DNA of 64,000 nt from an uncultured Desulfosarcina sp. (GTDB taxonomy: Bacteria > Desulfobacterota > Desulfobacteria > Desulfobacterales > Desulfosarcinaceae): the NCBI GenBank assembly GCA_963674945.2, contig CAXXWQ010000004.1, positions 1,248,001-1,312,000 of the forward strand, written 5' to 3'. A program made the position numbers and the translations under genes. The notes below the pieces were generated by a model, which did no database searches, was not told the DNA's origin, and was given only the letters and a program-made list of their open reading frames with translations. Below are positions 10,017 to 20,213 of the stretch, in pieces. Each line of letters begins with the position of its first letter. The first letter of the stretch is position 1.

Positions 10017-11976
10017 TTACGGATACGATGAGGAACAGCGGCTTGGCAAAGCCTATGATTGGGGACTGTTTCGCCGTATCCTTCCCTATGCCGCCCCCCA
10101 TCGTTTCAAACTGGCGTTGTCCATGATGCTGGTGGTGGCGCTCACCCTGCTGGAGTTATCGGTACCGCTCATCACCAAGGAGATCATCGACCGGTACATT
10201 CTGCCTACAGGGCGAATCGGCGAAAGTGCGGACAAAGCGGGGGGACAGGTACTGCTGGTAGACCCGGAAGACCCGGATGCGGCGGCGGTCATTGCCCGAT
10301 ACCCGCGATGGTTCCGCATTCATCCGGACCATGCCGAAATCCGTCTCGAGGACATGGCGAAGCTGGACCGGTCCAGCCTCGGCCGTTTGCGGCAAAAGGA
10401 CCTGGCCGGTCTTGGCCTCACATCCGCCCTTTTTCTGGGCGTGATCATCGCCATTTTCGTATTCACTTTCTTACAACGGATGGTGATGGAAATCGCCGGC
10501 AACCTGATCATGCACGACCTGCGTATGGGATTGTACGGCCACATCCAGAATATGCCCCTTCGCTTTTTCACCAAAAACCCCGTTGCCCGCCTGGTGACCC
10601 GGGTCACGAACGATATCCAGAACATGCACGAATTGTTCACCTCGTTTTTTTCCATGCTCTTCAAGGATATTTTCCTGCTCATCGGCATCGCCGTCATCCT
10701 TTTGGTAATGGAATGGCGCCTGGCCCTCTTGACTTTTCTGGTACTGCCCCTGGTTGTGTCCGTTACCATCGTTTTCTCCCGGCGGGTCCGAGACGTCTTT
10801 CGTCTCCTGCGCATTCAAGTCGCCGAGATCAATACCCGTTTTTCGGAAACCATCGGCGGGATCAAGGTGATCCAGGCCTTTTCCCGGCAGCGGCAAAACG
10901 AAGAGACCTTCAAAGGCCTCAACCATGAAAATTATCTGGCGGGAATGCGTCAGATCAACCTGTATGCCGTCTTCATGCCCGTCGTCGAGATGCTGGGCGT
11001 CACCGCCACGGCAATCGTTATTTGGGTCGGCGGCTGGAACGTCCTGGACCAGTTGATGAGTATCGGTGTCCTGGCCGCTTTTCTGGCCTACATGCGCATG
11101 TTCTTCCGGCCGATCCGGGACATGGCGGAAAAGTACAATATCCTCCAAAATGCCATGTCATCGGCCGAGCGAATCTTCCTTCTCATGGATACATCCGGCG
11201 CCCCCAAACCGGAGACGTCGGCAATGGACAGTGTCGGACCGTTGAAGGAAATCCGATTCCACGACGTATCGCTTGCCTACAACGAGGGTGAGCCTGTTTT
11301 ACGGAACATCGATCTTGCCATCAATAGCGGTGAAACCATCGCCATCGTCGGTGCCACCGGCTCGGGCAAGACCAGTCTGGTCAACCTGATGGTCCGTTTC
11401 TACGACTCCACCGAAGGGCGGTTGACCGTAAACGGCATGGACATCACCCGAATACCGCCGGCAATCGTAAGAAGCCGGATCGCCCTTGTCATGCAGGACC
11501 CGTTTCTCTTTTCCGGTACGCTGGCATCCAACATCTTTTTTTCCGCAAACGGCCTTGGCGACCGGGAGCGGCAGCGTATCCTGGCCGCATCCTGCTGCCA
11601 GGAACTGGTGGACCGACTTCCCGACGGATTGGAGACCCGCATCGGCGAGGCGGGCGCCACCCTCTCCAGTGGTGAGCGCCAACTGGTTTCCGTGGCAAGG
11701 GCCTTTTCCACCGATCCCGAGCTGATCATCCTCGACGAAGCCACCTCCTATGTGGACTCGGCCACCGAGATGCATCTGCAAAAGGCCATCGGCAACCTCA
11801 CCCAGGGGCGCACCTGCATCGTCGTGGCCCATCGCCTCACCACCGCACGAAGTGCCGATCGCATCGTCGTGCTCAACAACGGGATCATCGTCGAGTCCGG
11901 AAACCATGAAACGTTAATGGATGCCGGCGGGTACTATCACCGGCTATACCAGCTCCAGGCCGTCTCGCCGCCATAG
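10006..11976 (+). CDS. ABC exporter, permease/ATPase subunit 2 (MdlB/YheH-like)
   Basis: TMD, GATGSGKT, LSSGERQ, 'IILDEATS'. Overlaps the partner gene, consistent with a heterodimer. Confidence 0.9.
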   Translation: MRFDYGYDEEQRLGKAYDWGLFRRILPYAAPHRFKLALSMMLVVALTLLELSVPLITKEIIDRYILPTGRIGESADKAGGQVLLVDPEDPDAAAVIARYPRWFRIHPDHAEIRLEDMAKLDRSSLGRLRQKDLAGLGLTSALFLGVIIAIFVFTFLQRMVMEIAGNLIMHDLRMGLYGHIQNMPLRFFTKNPVARLVTRVTNDIQNMHELFTSFFSMLFKDIFLLIGIAVILLVMEWRLALLTFLVLPLVVSVTIVFSRRVRDVFRLLRIQVAEINTRFSETIGGIKVIQAFSRQRQNEETFKGLNHENYLAGMRQINLYAVFMPVVEMLGVTATAIVIWVGGWNVLDQLMSIGVLAAFLAYMRMFFRPIRDMAEKYNILQNAMSSAERIFLLMDTSGAPKPETSAMDSVGPLKEIRFHDVSLAYNEGEPVLRNIDLAINSGETIAIVGATGSGKTSLVNLMVRFYDSTEGRLTVNGMDITRIPPAIVRSRIALVMQDPFLFSGTLASNIFFSANGLGDRERQRILAASCCQELVDRLPDGLETRIGEAGATLSSGERQLVSVARAFSTDPELIILDEATSYVDSATEMHLQKAIGNLTQGRTCIVVAHRLTTARSADRIVVLNNGIIVESGNHETLMDAGGYYHRLYQLQAVSPP

Positions 11977-12281
11977 ACACTACCTGAACAGCCGTTTCCG
12001 CAGCCACAGTCAGGAGGTTGAATTTATTTCTACTTTTTCAAAATGTTATATTTTCTTACGGACCTCTTCCACCTTATACATAACGCTTGCCAAAAATAAT
12101 TTGACATGATACGTAATCGGGGTTTTTTAAGGTCTTTTTCGATTCTTTTTAAAAATTCGATCATTTCAATCTGACCACAATGCAAACCCATTCTAAGGAT
12201 CGACCGGCCATCGTCTTGCATCCAGATGATGGGAGATCCGGTTTCCCAGGTTAATCCCTAACATTAAAGGAGGATTGGTAT

Positions 12282-14045
12282 ATGGCTTATGATGCGGTAA
12301 ATATGGCGGACTGGCAAATTTCCGAAGCAGCCGAAGAGAACATGCCGACGCCGGAACAATGGCAGGAGAAGCTGGGGCTCCGAAAAGAAGAAATGCTTCC
12401 CATGGGGCGTCTGGCCAAAATCGACTTTCTGAAAGTCATCGACAGACTGAAAGACAAACCCGACGGAAAGTACATCGAAGTCACCGCCATCACACCGACT
12501 CCCTTGGGTGAAGGCAAGAGCACCACCTCCGTTGGTTTGATGGAAGGCCTTGGCATGCGTGGCAAGAACGTCGGCGGTGCCCTGCGACAGCCCTCCGGCG
12601 GCCCCACCATGAACGTCAAGGGAACGGCGGCCGGTGGCGGCAACTCACTGCTCATTCCCATGACCGAGTTCTCCCTCGGACTCACCGGTGACATCAACGA
12701 CATCATGAACGCCCACAACCTGGGCATGGTCGCCATGACTGCACGTATGCAGCACGAGCGCAACTACAACGACGAGCAGCTGGCCCGCCTGACCAAGATG
12801 CGCCGCCTGGACATCGATCCCACCCGCGTGGAGATGGGCTGGATTATCGACTTCTGCGCCCAGGCCCTTCGCAACATCATCATCGGAATGGGCGGCCGCT
12901 ACGACGGCTACACCATGCAGAGCAAGTTCGGCATCGCCGTCGGCAGTGAGCTCATGGCCATCCTAGCCGTGGCCACCGACCTGGCCGACCTGAAAGAGCG
13001 CATCAACAACATCACCGTGGCCTTCGACAAGAGCGGCAAGCCGGTCACCTGCCGTGACCTGGAAGTGGGCAACGCCATGGCCGCCTTCATGCGCAATACC
13101 ATCAACCCGACCCTCATGTGCACCGCAGAGTATCAGCCATGCTTCGTGCACGCCGGCCCGTTCGCCAACATCGCCGTTGGCCAGAGTTCCATCATCGCCG
13201 ACCGCGTCGGCCTGAAGCTCTTCGACTACCACGTCACCGAGTCCGGCTTCGCCGCAGACATCGGCTTCGAGAAGTTCTGGAACGTGAAGTGCCGCTTCTC
13301 CGGTCTCAAACCCCACGTCTCCGTCCTGACCGCTACCATCCGCGCCCTGAAGATGCACGGCGGCGGACCCAAGGTGGTCGCAGGTAAAGACCTGGCACCC
13401 GAATACAAAGAGGAAAATCTCGCGCTGGTGGAAAAGGGCTGCGAGAACATGGTCCACATGATCGGCGTCATCCGCAAGGCCGGCATCAACCCCGTGGTCT
13501 GCGTCAACCGCTTCTACACGGACACCGACGCGGAAGTTGCCCTGGTAAAGAAGGCAGCCGAGGCAGCCGGCGCCCGCTGCGCGGAGTCCAAGCACTGGGA
13601 AAAGGGCGGCGAAGGCGCCCTGGAGTTCGCCGACGCCGTCATCGACGCCTGCGAAGCTGGCAACGACTTCGATTTCCTCTATCCGCTGGAGATGAAACTG
13701 CGCGACCGCGTCGACAAGATCGCCAAGGAAGTCTACGGCGCCGACGGCGTGGACTGGGCTCCGGAGGCCAATGCCAAGGCCGAAATGCTGGAGAACGATC
13801 CCAAGTACGCCGATTTCGCCACCATGATGGTCAAGACCCATCTCTCCCTCTCCCACGACCCGGTCAAGAAGGGCGTGCCCAAGGGATGGCGGCTGCCCAT
13901 CCGCGATGTGCTGATCTACTCCGGCGCCAAGTTCCTCTGTCCCTGCGCCGGTACCATCAGCCTGATGCCGGGCACCAGTTCCAACCCGGCGTTCCGCCGC
14001 ATCGACGTGGATCCGGCAACCGGAAAGGTGAGCGGCTTGTTCTAA
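12282..14045 (+). CDS. fhs: Formate--tetrahydrofolate ligase
   Basis: '[15 protein letters not shown]', 'KGTAAGGG', '[10 protein letters not shown]', 'EKFWNVKCR'. Strong RBS aaaggagg. Confidence 0.97.
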   Translation: MAYDAVNMADWQISEAAEENMPTPEQWQEKLGLRKEEMLPMGRLAKIDFLKVIDRLKDKPDGKYIEVTAITPTPLGEGKSTTSVGLMEGLGMRGKNVGGALRQPSGGPTMNVKGTAAGGGNSLLIPMTEFSLGLTGDINDIMNAHNLGMVAMTARMQHERNYNDEQLARLTKMRRLDIDPTRVEMGWIIDFCAQALRNIIIGMGGRYDGYTMQSKFGIAVGSELMAILAVATDLADLKERINNITVAFDKSGKPVTCRDLEVGNAMAAFMRNTINPTLMCTAEYQPCFVHAGPFANIAVGQSSIIADRVGLKLFDYHVTESGFAADIGFEKFWNVKCRFSGLKPHVSVLTATIRALKMHGGGPKVVAGKDLAPEYKEENLALVEKGCENMVHMIGVIRKAGINPVVCVNRFYTDTDAEVALVKKAAEAAGARCAESKHWEKGGEGALEFADAVIDACEAGNDFDFLYPLEMKLRDRVDKIAKEVYGADGVDWAPEANAKAEMLENDPKYADFATMMVKTHLSLSHDPVKKGVPKGWRLPIRDVLIYSGAKFLCPCAGTISLMPGTSSNPAFRRIDVDPATGKVSGLF

Positions 14046-14069
14046 CCCCCACATCATTTCGATACCCTC

Positions 14070-14099
14070 GGCCCGGGCGCTTTGCCCGGGCCTTTTTTT
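14070..14099 (+). terminator. Rho-independent terminator after fhs
   Basis: GC stem gcccgggc-gcttt-gcccgggc followed by a T-run. Confidence 0.85.
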
Positions 14100-14110
14100 G
14101 TTGCAAGCCA

Positions 14111-14140
14111 TTGACAAAAATAGAAAAACAAACATACTAT
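14111..14140 (+). promoter_or_regulatory. Putative sigma70 promoter for the cheX-fliN/coaE genes
   Basis: TTGACA-N18-TACTAT. Confidence 0.55.
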
Positions 14141-14175
14141 GATCGAGTTTCACACCCAAAACGGCCGGGAAGACG

Positions 14176-15543
14176 ATGGAACGAATCTCTGAGGACACCA
14201 TACGAAAGACCGTCGTGTCCACCCTCATTGAAACCTTCGACGCCATGATGTCCATGGATGTGAAGGCCGTTGAAACGGACGTCCTGGAGGAACTCAGCGA
14301 CGACAGGATGGTCGGTTCCATCCACTTTGGCGGCGAGGTGGTGGGGGTAATGAGCATCCATCTTTCCAACGCGTTCGCCCGAACCGTCACCGCCGCCATG
14401 CTGGGCGTCGAAGCCGATGAAATCAAAAGCATCGATGAAATAAAGGATGTAATCGGAGAACTGGCCAACATCGTGGCCGGTAACCTCAAAACCGAATTTC
14501 TCAATTCCGACCTCACCTGCATCGTTTCTACGCCCTCCATCACATCGGGAAGCGATTTCAAAATCGACCCGGTGGACATTGCCACACCAATCCCGTTCAA
14601 CTTCAAACAGGACGAAAATCCCATACAGATCGAATTGTGTGTGAAGGAGGAGATCGGGGCCAAACAGGACATCATGAGCGATCTTTCCAGTGCGGTTATC
14701 ATGGAACGGATCGCCGGCGTAGACATTAAAAATGCCATCGTCAATTCGGTCATCGATGTCTTCTTCACCATGCTGGACATGGAGGTGGAAGCCATTCAAG
14801 AGGTTCCCGATTCCTTCACCGAAGAGGCGAGGACCGTCGGTTCGGTCACTTTTGCCGGCGAAGTGGACGGCATGTTCAACATTCAGGTGAACGACGACTT
14901 CGGGAAAAAGATGACCGCGGCCATGCTGGGAATGGAGGTGGAAGAGGTCGAAAGCAAAGAGGAAGTGTATGATGTCGTGCGTGAAGTGAGCAACATCATC
15001 GGCGGGAACCTCAAGTCCAACTTCGTTGACGCAGGGCTGTCTTGCGTATTGTCCACGCCTTCTATCACAAACGGCTTGGATTTCAGGGTAAGTCCCACCA
15101 ACATCATCACACCCATGCGGTTTCTCTTCTCCCATGAAAACAACGTCATCATCGTGGAAGCCGGTGTGAAACTGGAAGATCCGGCATCCAGAATCAAAGA
15201 GGATGAAGAAGACCAGGAAAACCAATCATCAGGTGCCTCATCTGCCGCTGCGGAATCAGATGAAGAATCAACGGAAGACCAGTTTAAAAACCTCGATTTA
15301 ATTATGGAGATCCCACTGAAGATGACCGTCGAACTCGGTCGAACCAAACGGCGGATCAACGACGTACTCAAGATGGGGCCCGGTTCGGTGGTGGAACTGG
15401 AACAGGTGGAGGGAGAACCCGTTGATATCCTTATTAATCAGACGTTGATCGCAAAGGGATTCGTCGTCGTGGAAAATGAGAAGTACGGCATCCGGATCAG
15501 CGAGATCGTGAGCCGGAAAGAACGATTGAAGAGCATGGGATAA
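14176..15543 (+). CDS. CheX-CheX-FliN fusion protein (FliY-like flagellar switch/phosphatase)
   Basis: Two repeated CheC/CheX-like domains with ExxN motifs (IGELANIVAG, VREVSNIIGG), an acidic linker and a C-terminal FliN/SpoA domain (LDLIMEIPLKMTVELGRT...KYGIRISEI). Confidence 0.82.
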   Translation: MERISEDTIRKTVVSTLIETFDAMMSMDVKAVETDVLEELSDDRMVGSIHFGGEVVGVMSIHLSNAFARTVTAAMLGVEADEIKSIDEIKDVIGELANIVAGNLKTEFLNSDLTCIVSTPSITSGSDFKIDPVDIATPIPFNFKQDENPIQIELCVKEEIGAKQDIMSDLSSAVIMERIAGVDIKNAIVNSVIDVFFTMLDMEVEAIQEVPDSFTEEARTVGSVTFAGEVDGMFNIQVNDDFGKKMTAAMLGMEVEEVESKEEVYDVVREVSNIIGGNLKSNFVDAGLSCVLSTPSITNGLDFRVSPTNIITPMRFLFSHENNVIIVEAGVKLEDPASRIKEDEEDQENQSSGASSAAAESDEESTEDQFKNLDLIMEIPLKMTVELGRTKRRINDVLKMGPGSVVELEQVEGEPVDILINQTLIAKGFVVVENEKYGIRISEIVSRKERLKSMG

Positions 15544-15547
15544 AACC

Positions 15548-16165
15548 ATGATCGTCGTCGGACTCACGGGCGGTATCGCCAGCGGCAAATCAACCGTTTC
15601 CCGATTTCTTTCAGATGCAGGCGCCCTTATTATCGATGCGGATCAGATTGCCCGAAAGGTCGTGGAAAAGGGAGCCCCTGCGTATTTCGACATCGTGGAC
15701 CATTTCGGCGAAGAGATCCTTCTTACCAACGGCACCATCGACCGAAAACGATTGGGAGATCTCATCTTCAACGACGCTGGAAAGAAGGCCCTGCTGAACA
15801 CCATCGTTCACCCCCGAGTAAACGAACGGACCGAGCAGATGCTGTCCCACTTCGCCCGAAAGTCGCCCGGTGCCGTAATCGTCCTGGACATCCCACTGCT
15901 TTTCGAAGCGGGAAGGGAGAAGGGGCTGGCCGAGACCATCGTCGTGTACGTTCCGGAGGCCGTTCAACTGGAACGGCTCATGAAACGGGACGGAATCGAT
16001 GAAAAAGCCGCCATGGCCAGGATCCGCTCCCAAATGCCCATCGAAGAAAAACGAAAGAAGGCCACGATCGTGATCGACAACGGCAAAGACGTGGAAGCAA
16101 CCCGGCACCAGGCCTTGGCCATCTATCAGGGTCTGAAAGAAAGGGCGCTGCAGACCGTCGCTTGA
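15548..16165 (+). CDS. coaE: Dephospho-CoA kinase
   Basis: 'VGLTGGIASGKSTV', 'IDADQIAR', 'DIPLLFE', 'RIRSQMP'. Confidence 0.96.
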   Translation: MIVVGLTGGIASGKSTVSRFLSDAGALIIDADQIARKVVEKGAPAYFDIVDHFGEEILLTNGTIDRKRLGDLIFNDAGKKALLNTIVHPRVNERTEQMLSHFARKSPGAVIVLDIPLLFEAGREKGLAETIVVYVPEAVQLERLMKRDGIDEKAAMARIRSQMPIEEKRKKATIVIDNGKDVEATRHQALAIYQGLKERALQTVA

Positions 16166-16212
16166 TATCAACGCAAGAACAATTTTCCGATATCGTATCC
16201 CAAGACTTTTGT

Positions 16213-16241
16213 TTGACACATTTTCTTATCTGCCTTATATT
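16213..16241 (+). promoter_or_regulatory. Putative sigma70 promoter
   Basis: TTGACA-N17-TATATT upstream of the HD-GYP gene. Confidence 0.5.
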
Positions 16242-16430
16242 AGTTGCCGCTCTTTTTAAGCGTTAAGCGGATTTGTTACAGCCCCACAAACGAAACCCCA
16301 TCCAAGACATTGCGGTTTCCCCTCGCCGGCAGCAGTGATGTATCTTAGGAGGACGCCATTATTGCCAGCACCCCGTTTAGAGGTTGTAGGAAATGTACGA
16401 GATGGTTCGCGAGGAAACCACACAATCGTT

Positions 16431-17105
16431 ATGGAACAGCAAAGTACGGAAAAAAGACGGCTTACGAACCTTCATGTGAAGACCCTGAAGTGGATATCGT
16501 TGGCCTTGGGGCAGAAAGACGGTTACACCCAGGCACATGGTTATCGCGTGGCCCGCTATGCCATGCGTCTGGCCTGGCGGATGGGATTTTCCGCCCAGTC
16601 GGTTCGTCAGGTGGGGGTCGGCGGATTGTTTCATGATGCGGGAAAGCTGGCCTTGAACGATCGCATCTTCACCGGGGACCAGACGGACCTGTCAAACGAT
16701 TTGCTGCAAGAGGTACATTGTCACCCCCTTATTGGCGCGGCCCTTTTAAAACACATCGATTTTCTCGATCCCATTATCGATTTCGTGCTGTTCCACCATG
16801 AGCGGGAAGACGGTACCGGCTACCCATTTGGTCTAAAGGGGAAAGAGATCCCACCCGGAGCGAAAATCATCAGTATCGCCGATTGTTTCGATGCGGTAAT
16901 CACGGACCGCCCCTACCAAAAGGGCAAATCCATCGATTCCGCCTACGAAATCCTGCGAAAAGGATGCCACCATGATTACTGCGAGCAATACGTTGAGGTA
17001 TTTATCGAAGAAATCATGGAAAATGGCATCATCCGAGACACCGTACCCGATCCGCGAATGGTCGAGAAACTGGTTATGTCGCTTGTCGAGGAGAAAATCG
17101 GGTGA
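16431..17105 (+). CDS. HD-GYP domain protein (putative c-di-GMP phosphodiesterase)
   Basis: 'YTQAHGYRV', 'LFHDAGK', 'HHEREDGTGYP', 'IADCFDA...RPY'. Start uncertain (16335-16431). Confidence 0.85.
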   Translation: MEQQSTEKRRLTNLHVKTLKWISLALGQKDGYTQAHGYRVARYAMRLAWRMGFSAQSVRQVGVGGLFHDAGKLALNDRIFTGDQTDLSNDLLQEVHCHPLIGAALLKHIDFLDPIIDFVLFHHEREDGTGYPFGLKGKEIPPGAKIISIADCFDAVITDRPYQKGKSIDSAYEILRKGCHHDYCEQYVEVFIEEIMENGIIRDTVPDPRMVEKLVMSLVEEKIG

Positions 17106-17207
17106 TCGATCACGATCCAGAATGAAGATCTGACATCCCACCAATTCCGAACGAACCAGCGGTCCCAATCTGACCGGCCGTTACGACGTAAAACAGACGA
17201 AACGAAT

Positions 17208-18797
17208 ATGGATAGGAATTTTATAGAAGAGATTAGAAAAAGAAGGACCTTCGGCATCATCAGCCACCCGGATGCCGGAAAGACCACATTGACGGAAAAG
17301 CTTTTGATGTTCGGTGGCGCCATTCAGATGGCGGGTGCCGTCAAGGCCAAGCGGGCCGGACGCTATGCCACCAGCGACTGGATGTCCATCGAAAAGGAAC
17401 GCGGCATCTCCGTTACAACCTCGGTCATGAAATTCAACTTCAACGGCTTCGAAGTGAACCTTCTGGATACACCCGGTCACCAGGATTTTTCCGAAGACAC
17501 CTACAGGGTACTCACGGCCGTGGACAGCGCACTGATGGTCATCGACAGCGCCAAAGGGGTGGAACCCCAGACGGAGAAACTCATGGAGGTGTGTCGGATG
17601 CGTAACACCCCCATCATGACCTTCATCAACAAGCTGGACCGGGACGGGCTTCCGCCGTTGGACATCTTGTCCGATATCGAAGAAAAACTCCAGATCGAAT
17701 GTGCCCCGCTTTCCTGGCCCATCGGCATGGGAAAACGCTTTTCCGGGGTCTACAACCTTCACAAACGACAGCTTTTCCTGTTTCGCGCCGGAGGTCAGAC
17801 GCGCCATCAGGAGGGCATATTGATCACCGACCTGGCAGATACCCGACTCGACGATCTGTTGGGAAGCCAGGCCCAAGATCTGCGCGACGATGTGGCGCTC
17901 CTGGAGGGTGCCGCCAATCCATTCGAGCTTGACCAGTACCTGAAAGGCAGTCAGACACCGGTATTTTTCGGTAGTGCCATCAACAACTTCGGCGTACGTG
18001 AACTGCTGGACGCCTTCGTGGAAATGGCGCCATGCCCCCAGACGCGCCCCACCACCTCCCGTCAGGTATCGCCGGACGAAGAAACCTTTTCCGGCTTCGC
18101 ATTTAAGATTCAAGCCAACATGGACCCTGCCCATCGGGACCGGATCGCTTTCGTGCGCATCTGCTCGGGCAAGTTCACGCGGGGGATGAAAGTCCACCAG
18201 ACGCGGCTGGGAAAACCGGTAACCCTGTCCAACGCCACCATTTTCATGGCCCAGGACCGCACCAATGTGGACGAGGCCTTTCCCGGAGACATCATCGGCA
18301 TCCATAACCATGGAACCATCAGCATCGGCGACTCTTTCTACGAGAAAGAACCCCTTCGATTCACTGGAATTCCCAACTTTGCGCCGGACCACTTTCGACG
18401 TGTTCAGTTGAAAAATCCCCTCAAAGCCAAACAACTCCTCAAGGGTCTCACCCAATTGGCCGAAGAGGGAGCGGTCCAGTTTTTCAGGCCATTGGTGGGA
18501 AACAACTATATCCTGGGTGCGGTGGGAATTCTCCAGTTCGACGTGACCATGGCCCGGTTGAAGGCAGAATACGGCGTCGATGCCGAATATGAAACGGTGG
18601 AGTTTGCCGCCGCCCGTTGGGTAACCAGTGACGACAAGAAGCAGCTGGCGGCCTTCGAAAAGGAAAAACAGGCGAGCCTGGCCACCGATTACCAGGACAA
18701 CCGGGTCTTTCTGGCGAGAAGTCTATGGCGTCTGGAAAATGCCATGGAGGAGTGGCCGGCCATATCCTTTCATAAAACACGGGAGTTGGCCCTATGA
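17208..18797 (+). CDS. prfC: Peptide chain release factor 3
   Basis: '[22 protein letters not shown]', '[14 protein letters not shown]', '[13 protein letters not shown]'. Confidence 0.98.
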   Translation: MDRNFIEEIRKRRTFGIISHPDAGKTTLTEKLLMFGGAIQMAGAVKAKRAGRYATSDWMSIEKERGISVTTSVMKFNFNGFEVNLLDTPGHQDFSEDTYRVLTAVDSALMVIDSAKGVEPQTEKLMEVCRMRNTPIMTFINKLDRDGLPPLDILSDIEEKLQIECAPLSWPIGMGKRFSGVYNLHKRQLFLFRAGGQTRHQEGILITDLADTRLDDLLGSQAQDLRDDVALLEGAANPFELDQYLKGSQTPVFFGSAINNFGVRELLDAFVEMAPCPQTRPTTSRQVSPDEETFSGFAFKIQANMDPAHRDRIAFVRICSGKFTRGMKVHQTRLGKPVTLSNATIFMAQDRTNVDEAFPGDIIGIHNHGTISIGDSFYEKEPLRFTGIPNFAPDHFRRVQLKNPLKAKQLLKGLTQLAEEGAVQFFRPLVGNNYILGAVGILQFDVTMARLKAEYGVDAEYETVEFAAARWVTSDDKKQLAAFEKEKQASLATDYQDNRVFLARSLWRLENAMEEWPAISFHKTRELAL

Positions 18798-18938
18798 GGA
18801 AATTTCAAAACGTCCCATTTCGACCAATGCCTACGTTGGGCTCCCATTTCAATCCTCGGAATACTACGGGTATGCCTGCGGTTGAAATGATCGCTCCCCT
18901 TGACCTTGGCCGAACTGAAACATTTTGAAATCACCTCA
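18795..18938. repeat. Long imperfect palindrome between convergent genes, related to the dispersed element
   Basis: Arms tgaggaaatttcaaaacgt / acattttgaaatcacctca. Nested stems catttcaatc/ggttgaaatg. Apical 'gaatac-tacgg-gtatgc'. Confidence 0.7.
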
Positions 18939-18952
18939 TTTGAATAGAAAAA

Positions 18953-19669
18953 TCACCCGATGTTGTATTGACCCGATTCGATATAGGGCACGTCGTCGAT
19001 GTCGATGGCATGAACGATGGGGGCATTGAGTCGGCGTTTCATTTCGGCAACCACCGACCGACGCTTGTTGATGGCCAGGCCAAAGGCGGTCGTCTCCTCC
19101 AACAGTGTCTCCATTTGACATGACTTGTGGACGATATGATGATCGACACACTGATCGGCTGTGAGCCTGACGCCTGTATACTGCATATATTCAACCATAT
19201 ACATGGGCATTGCCTTGGTCAGCAGGGCGTTCATTCCCGGAAGAAAGGGAATGCCCAGATCCACTTCCGGGAAGCAGAAAAATCCTCGATCCGACCGCAT
19301 GAACCGAAAATCGAATGCACAGCACATGATGGCACCACCGGCAAAGGCATGACCGGAGATGGCGGCGATGGTGATCAGTGGATAGGTGACGATGCGTTTG
19401 AACATGCGGTTGAGCAGGTAGAAGAATTCCTTGGCCCGACGCAACTCCTTGTTCTGGAGAACCGGAATCAACCATTCCAGATCGATGCCATTGGAAAATA
19501 TCTTTTCGTGGGAAGATGTCACAATGAGGGTCGTTGCATCCGTACTTGCCTCGATTTCGTCGAGGGTGCCAAGAAAGGAGTTGAGAAAATCGGGATTGAA
19601 CCGGTTCTCGCCGCTGTTCAGCGTTACCGTGGCCACATGCTCCTGAACGGCATAATCAACCAAATTCAT
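18953..19669 (-). CDS. Enoyl-CoA hydratase/isomerase family protein
   Basis: 'KIFSNGIDL', 'AAISGHAFAGG', 'FCFPEVDLGI'. Confidence 0.9.
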   Translation of the reverse strand: MNLVDYAVQEHVATVTLNSGENRFNPDFLNSFLGTLDEIEASTDATTLIVTSSHEKIFSNGIDLEWLIPVLQNKELRRAKEFFYLLNRMFKRIVTYPLITIAAISGHAFAGGAIMCCAFDFRFMRSDRGFFCFPEVDLGIPFLPGMNALLTKAMPMYMVEYMQYTGVRLTADQCVDHHIVHKSCQMETLLEETTAFGLAINKRRSVVAEMKRRLNAPIVHAIDIDDVPYIESGQYNIG

Positions 19670-19680
19670 ATGTGCTCCTA

Positions 19681-19718
19681 AAATAAAAAAGGCGGCCCTT
19701 TAACGAGAAAGCCGCCTC
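19681..19718 (-). terminator. Terminator-like hairpin downstream of the HesB-like gene
   Basis: Minus strand aggcggctttc...aagggccgcct followed by a T-run. Confidence 0.6.
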
Positions 19719-19740
19719 TCTTGTTTTTACCGGGGATCAA

Positions 19741-20055
19741 TCATGCACAGCAAGATCCTTCTGAACTGCAACTGCCGCAACCGGGACCGAAGTCTATGCC
19801 GCAGTCCAGTTTAAAACCGTATTGCTGGAAATCGATCTTTATCGGTTTGGCCTTTTCCAGAAAATCGGCGTTAATGATGAATTTGAAGTCTTCGATATCG
19901 AAGGTTGTATCATCGTCTTTCGGCTCATCCAGAGCCATGGCCAGGCCGGGGCCCCCTCACCCACCTTCGTTGAGGAATATCCGAATTGGCCTGATTTCCT
20001 TTCCTTTAAAAAACTCAACGAGTTGCTGTATTGCCGGCGGTGTTACCTCGATCAT
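19741..20055 (-). CDS. HesB/IscA-like selenoprotein (UGA at 19957-19959 read as Sec)
   Basis: ORFs 19957..20187 and 19741..19938 are in the same frame, separated by one TGA. Joined: MIEVTPPAIQQLVEFFKGKEIRPIRIFLNEGG-U-GGPGLAMALDEP...GCGSCSSEGSCCA. The TGA is at the conserved 'GGC' Cys position of IscA/HesB. RBS aaggagg precedes ATG 20055. Confidence 0.9.
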
Positions 20056-20127
20056 AATGCCCTCCTTATAGAAAATAATCGGTCCGTGATATAGGACCGC
20101 GGACCTTTCAATCGTCGAACGAAGTCG

Positions 20128-20156
20128 AAAATAACCATGGCCATAAAGTTTGTCAA
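20128..20156 (-). promoter_or_regulatory. Putative sigma70 promoter of the HesB-like gene
   Basis: Minus strand TTGACA-N17-TATTTT. Confidence 0.45.
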
Positions 20157-20213
20157 TCCAAATTCCCCTTGCGATTGACGATGGCAATAGCCGGATTTCG
20201 CCTTTTTTCAGTA

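Noticed and set aside
12963..14795. 610-aa antisense ORF over fhs, and many similar long antisense ORFs
   Set aside because: Shadow ORFs caused by strong codon bias of the real genes on the opposite strand. No recognisable motifs.
19741..19743. Second Sec at the terminal UGA of the HesB-like gene, and at 29417 of the permease
   Set aside because: Readthrough gives no meaningful sequence. The HesB stop is followed by a terminator-like hairpin.
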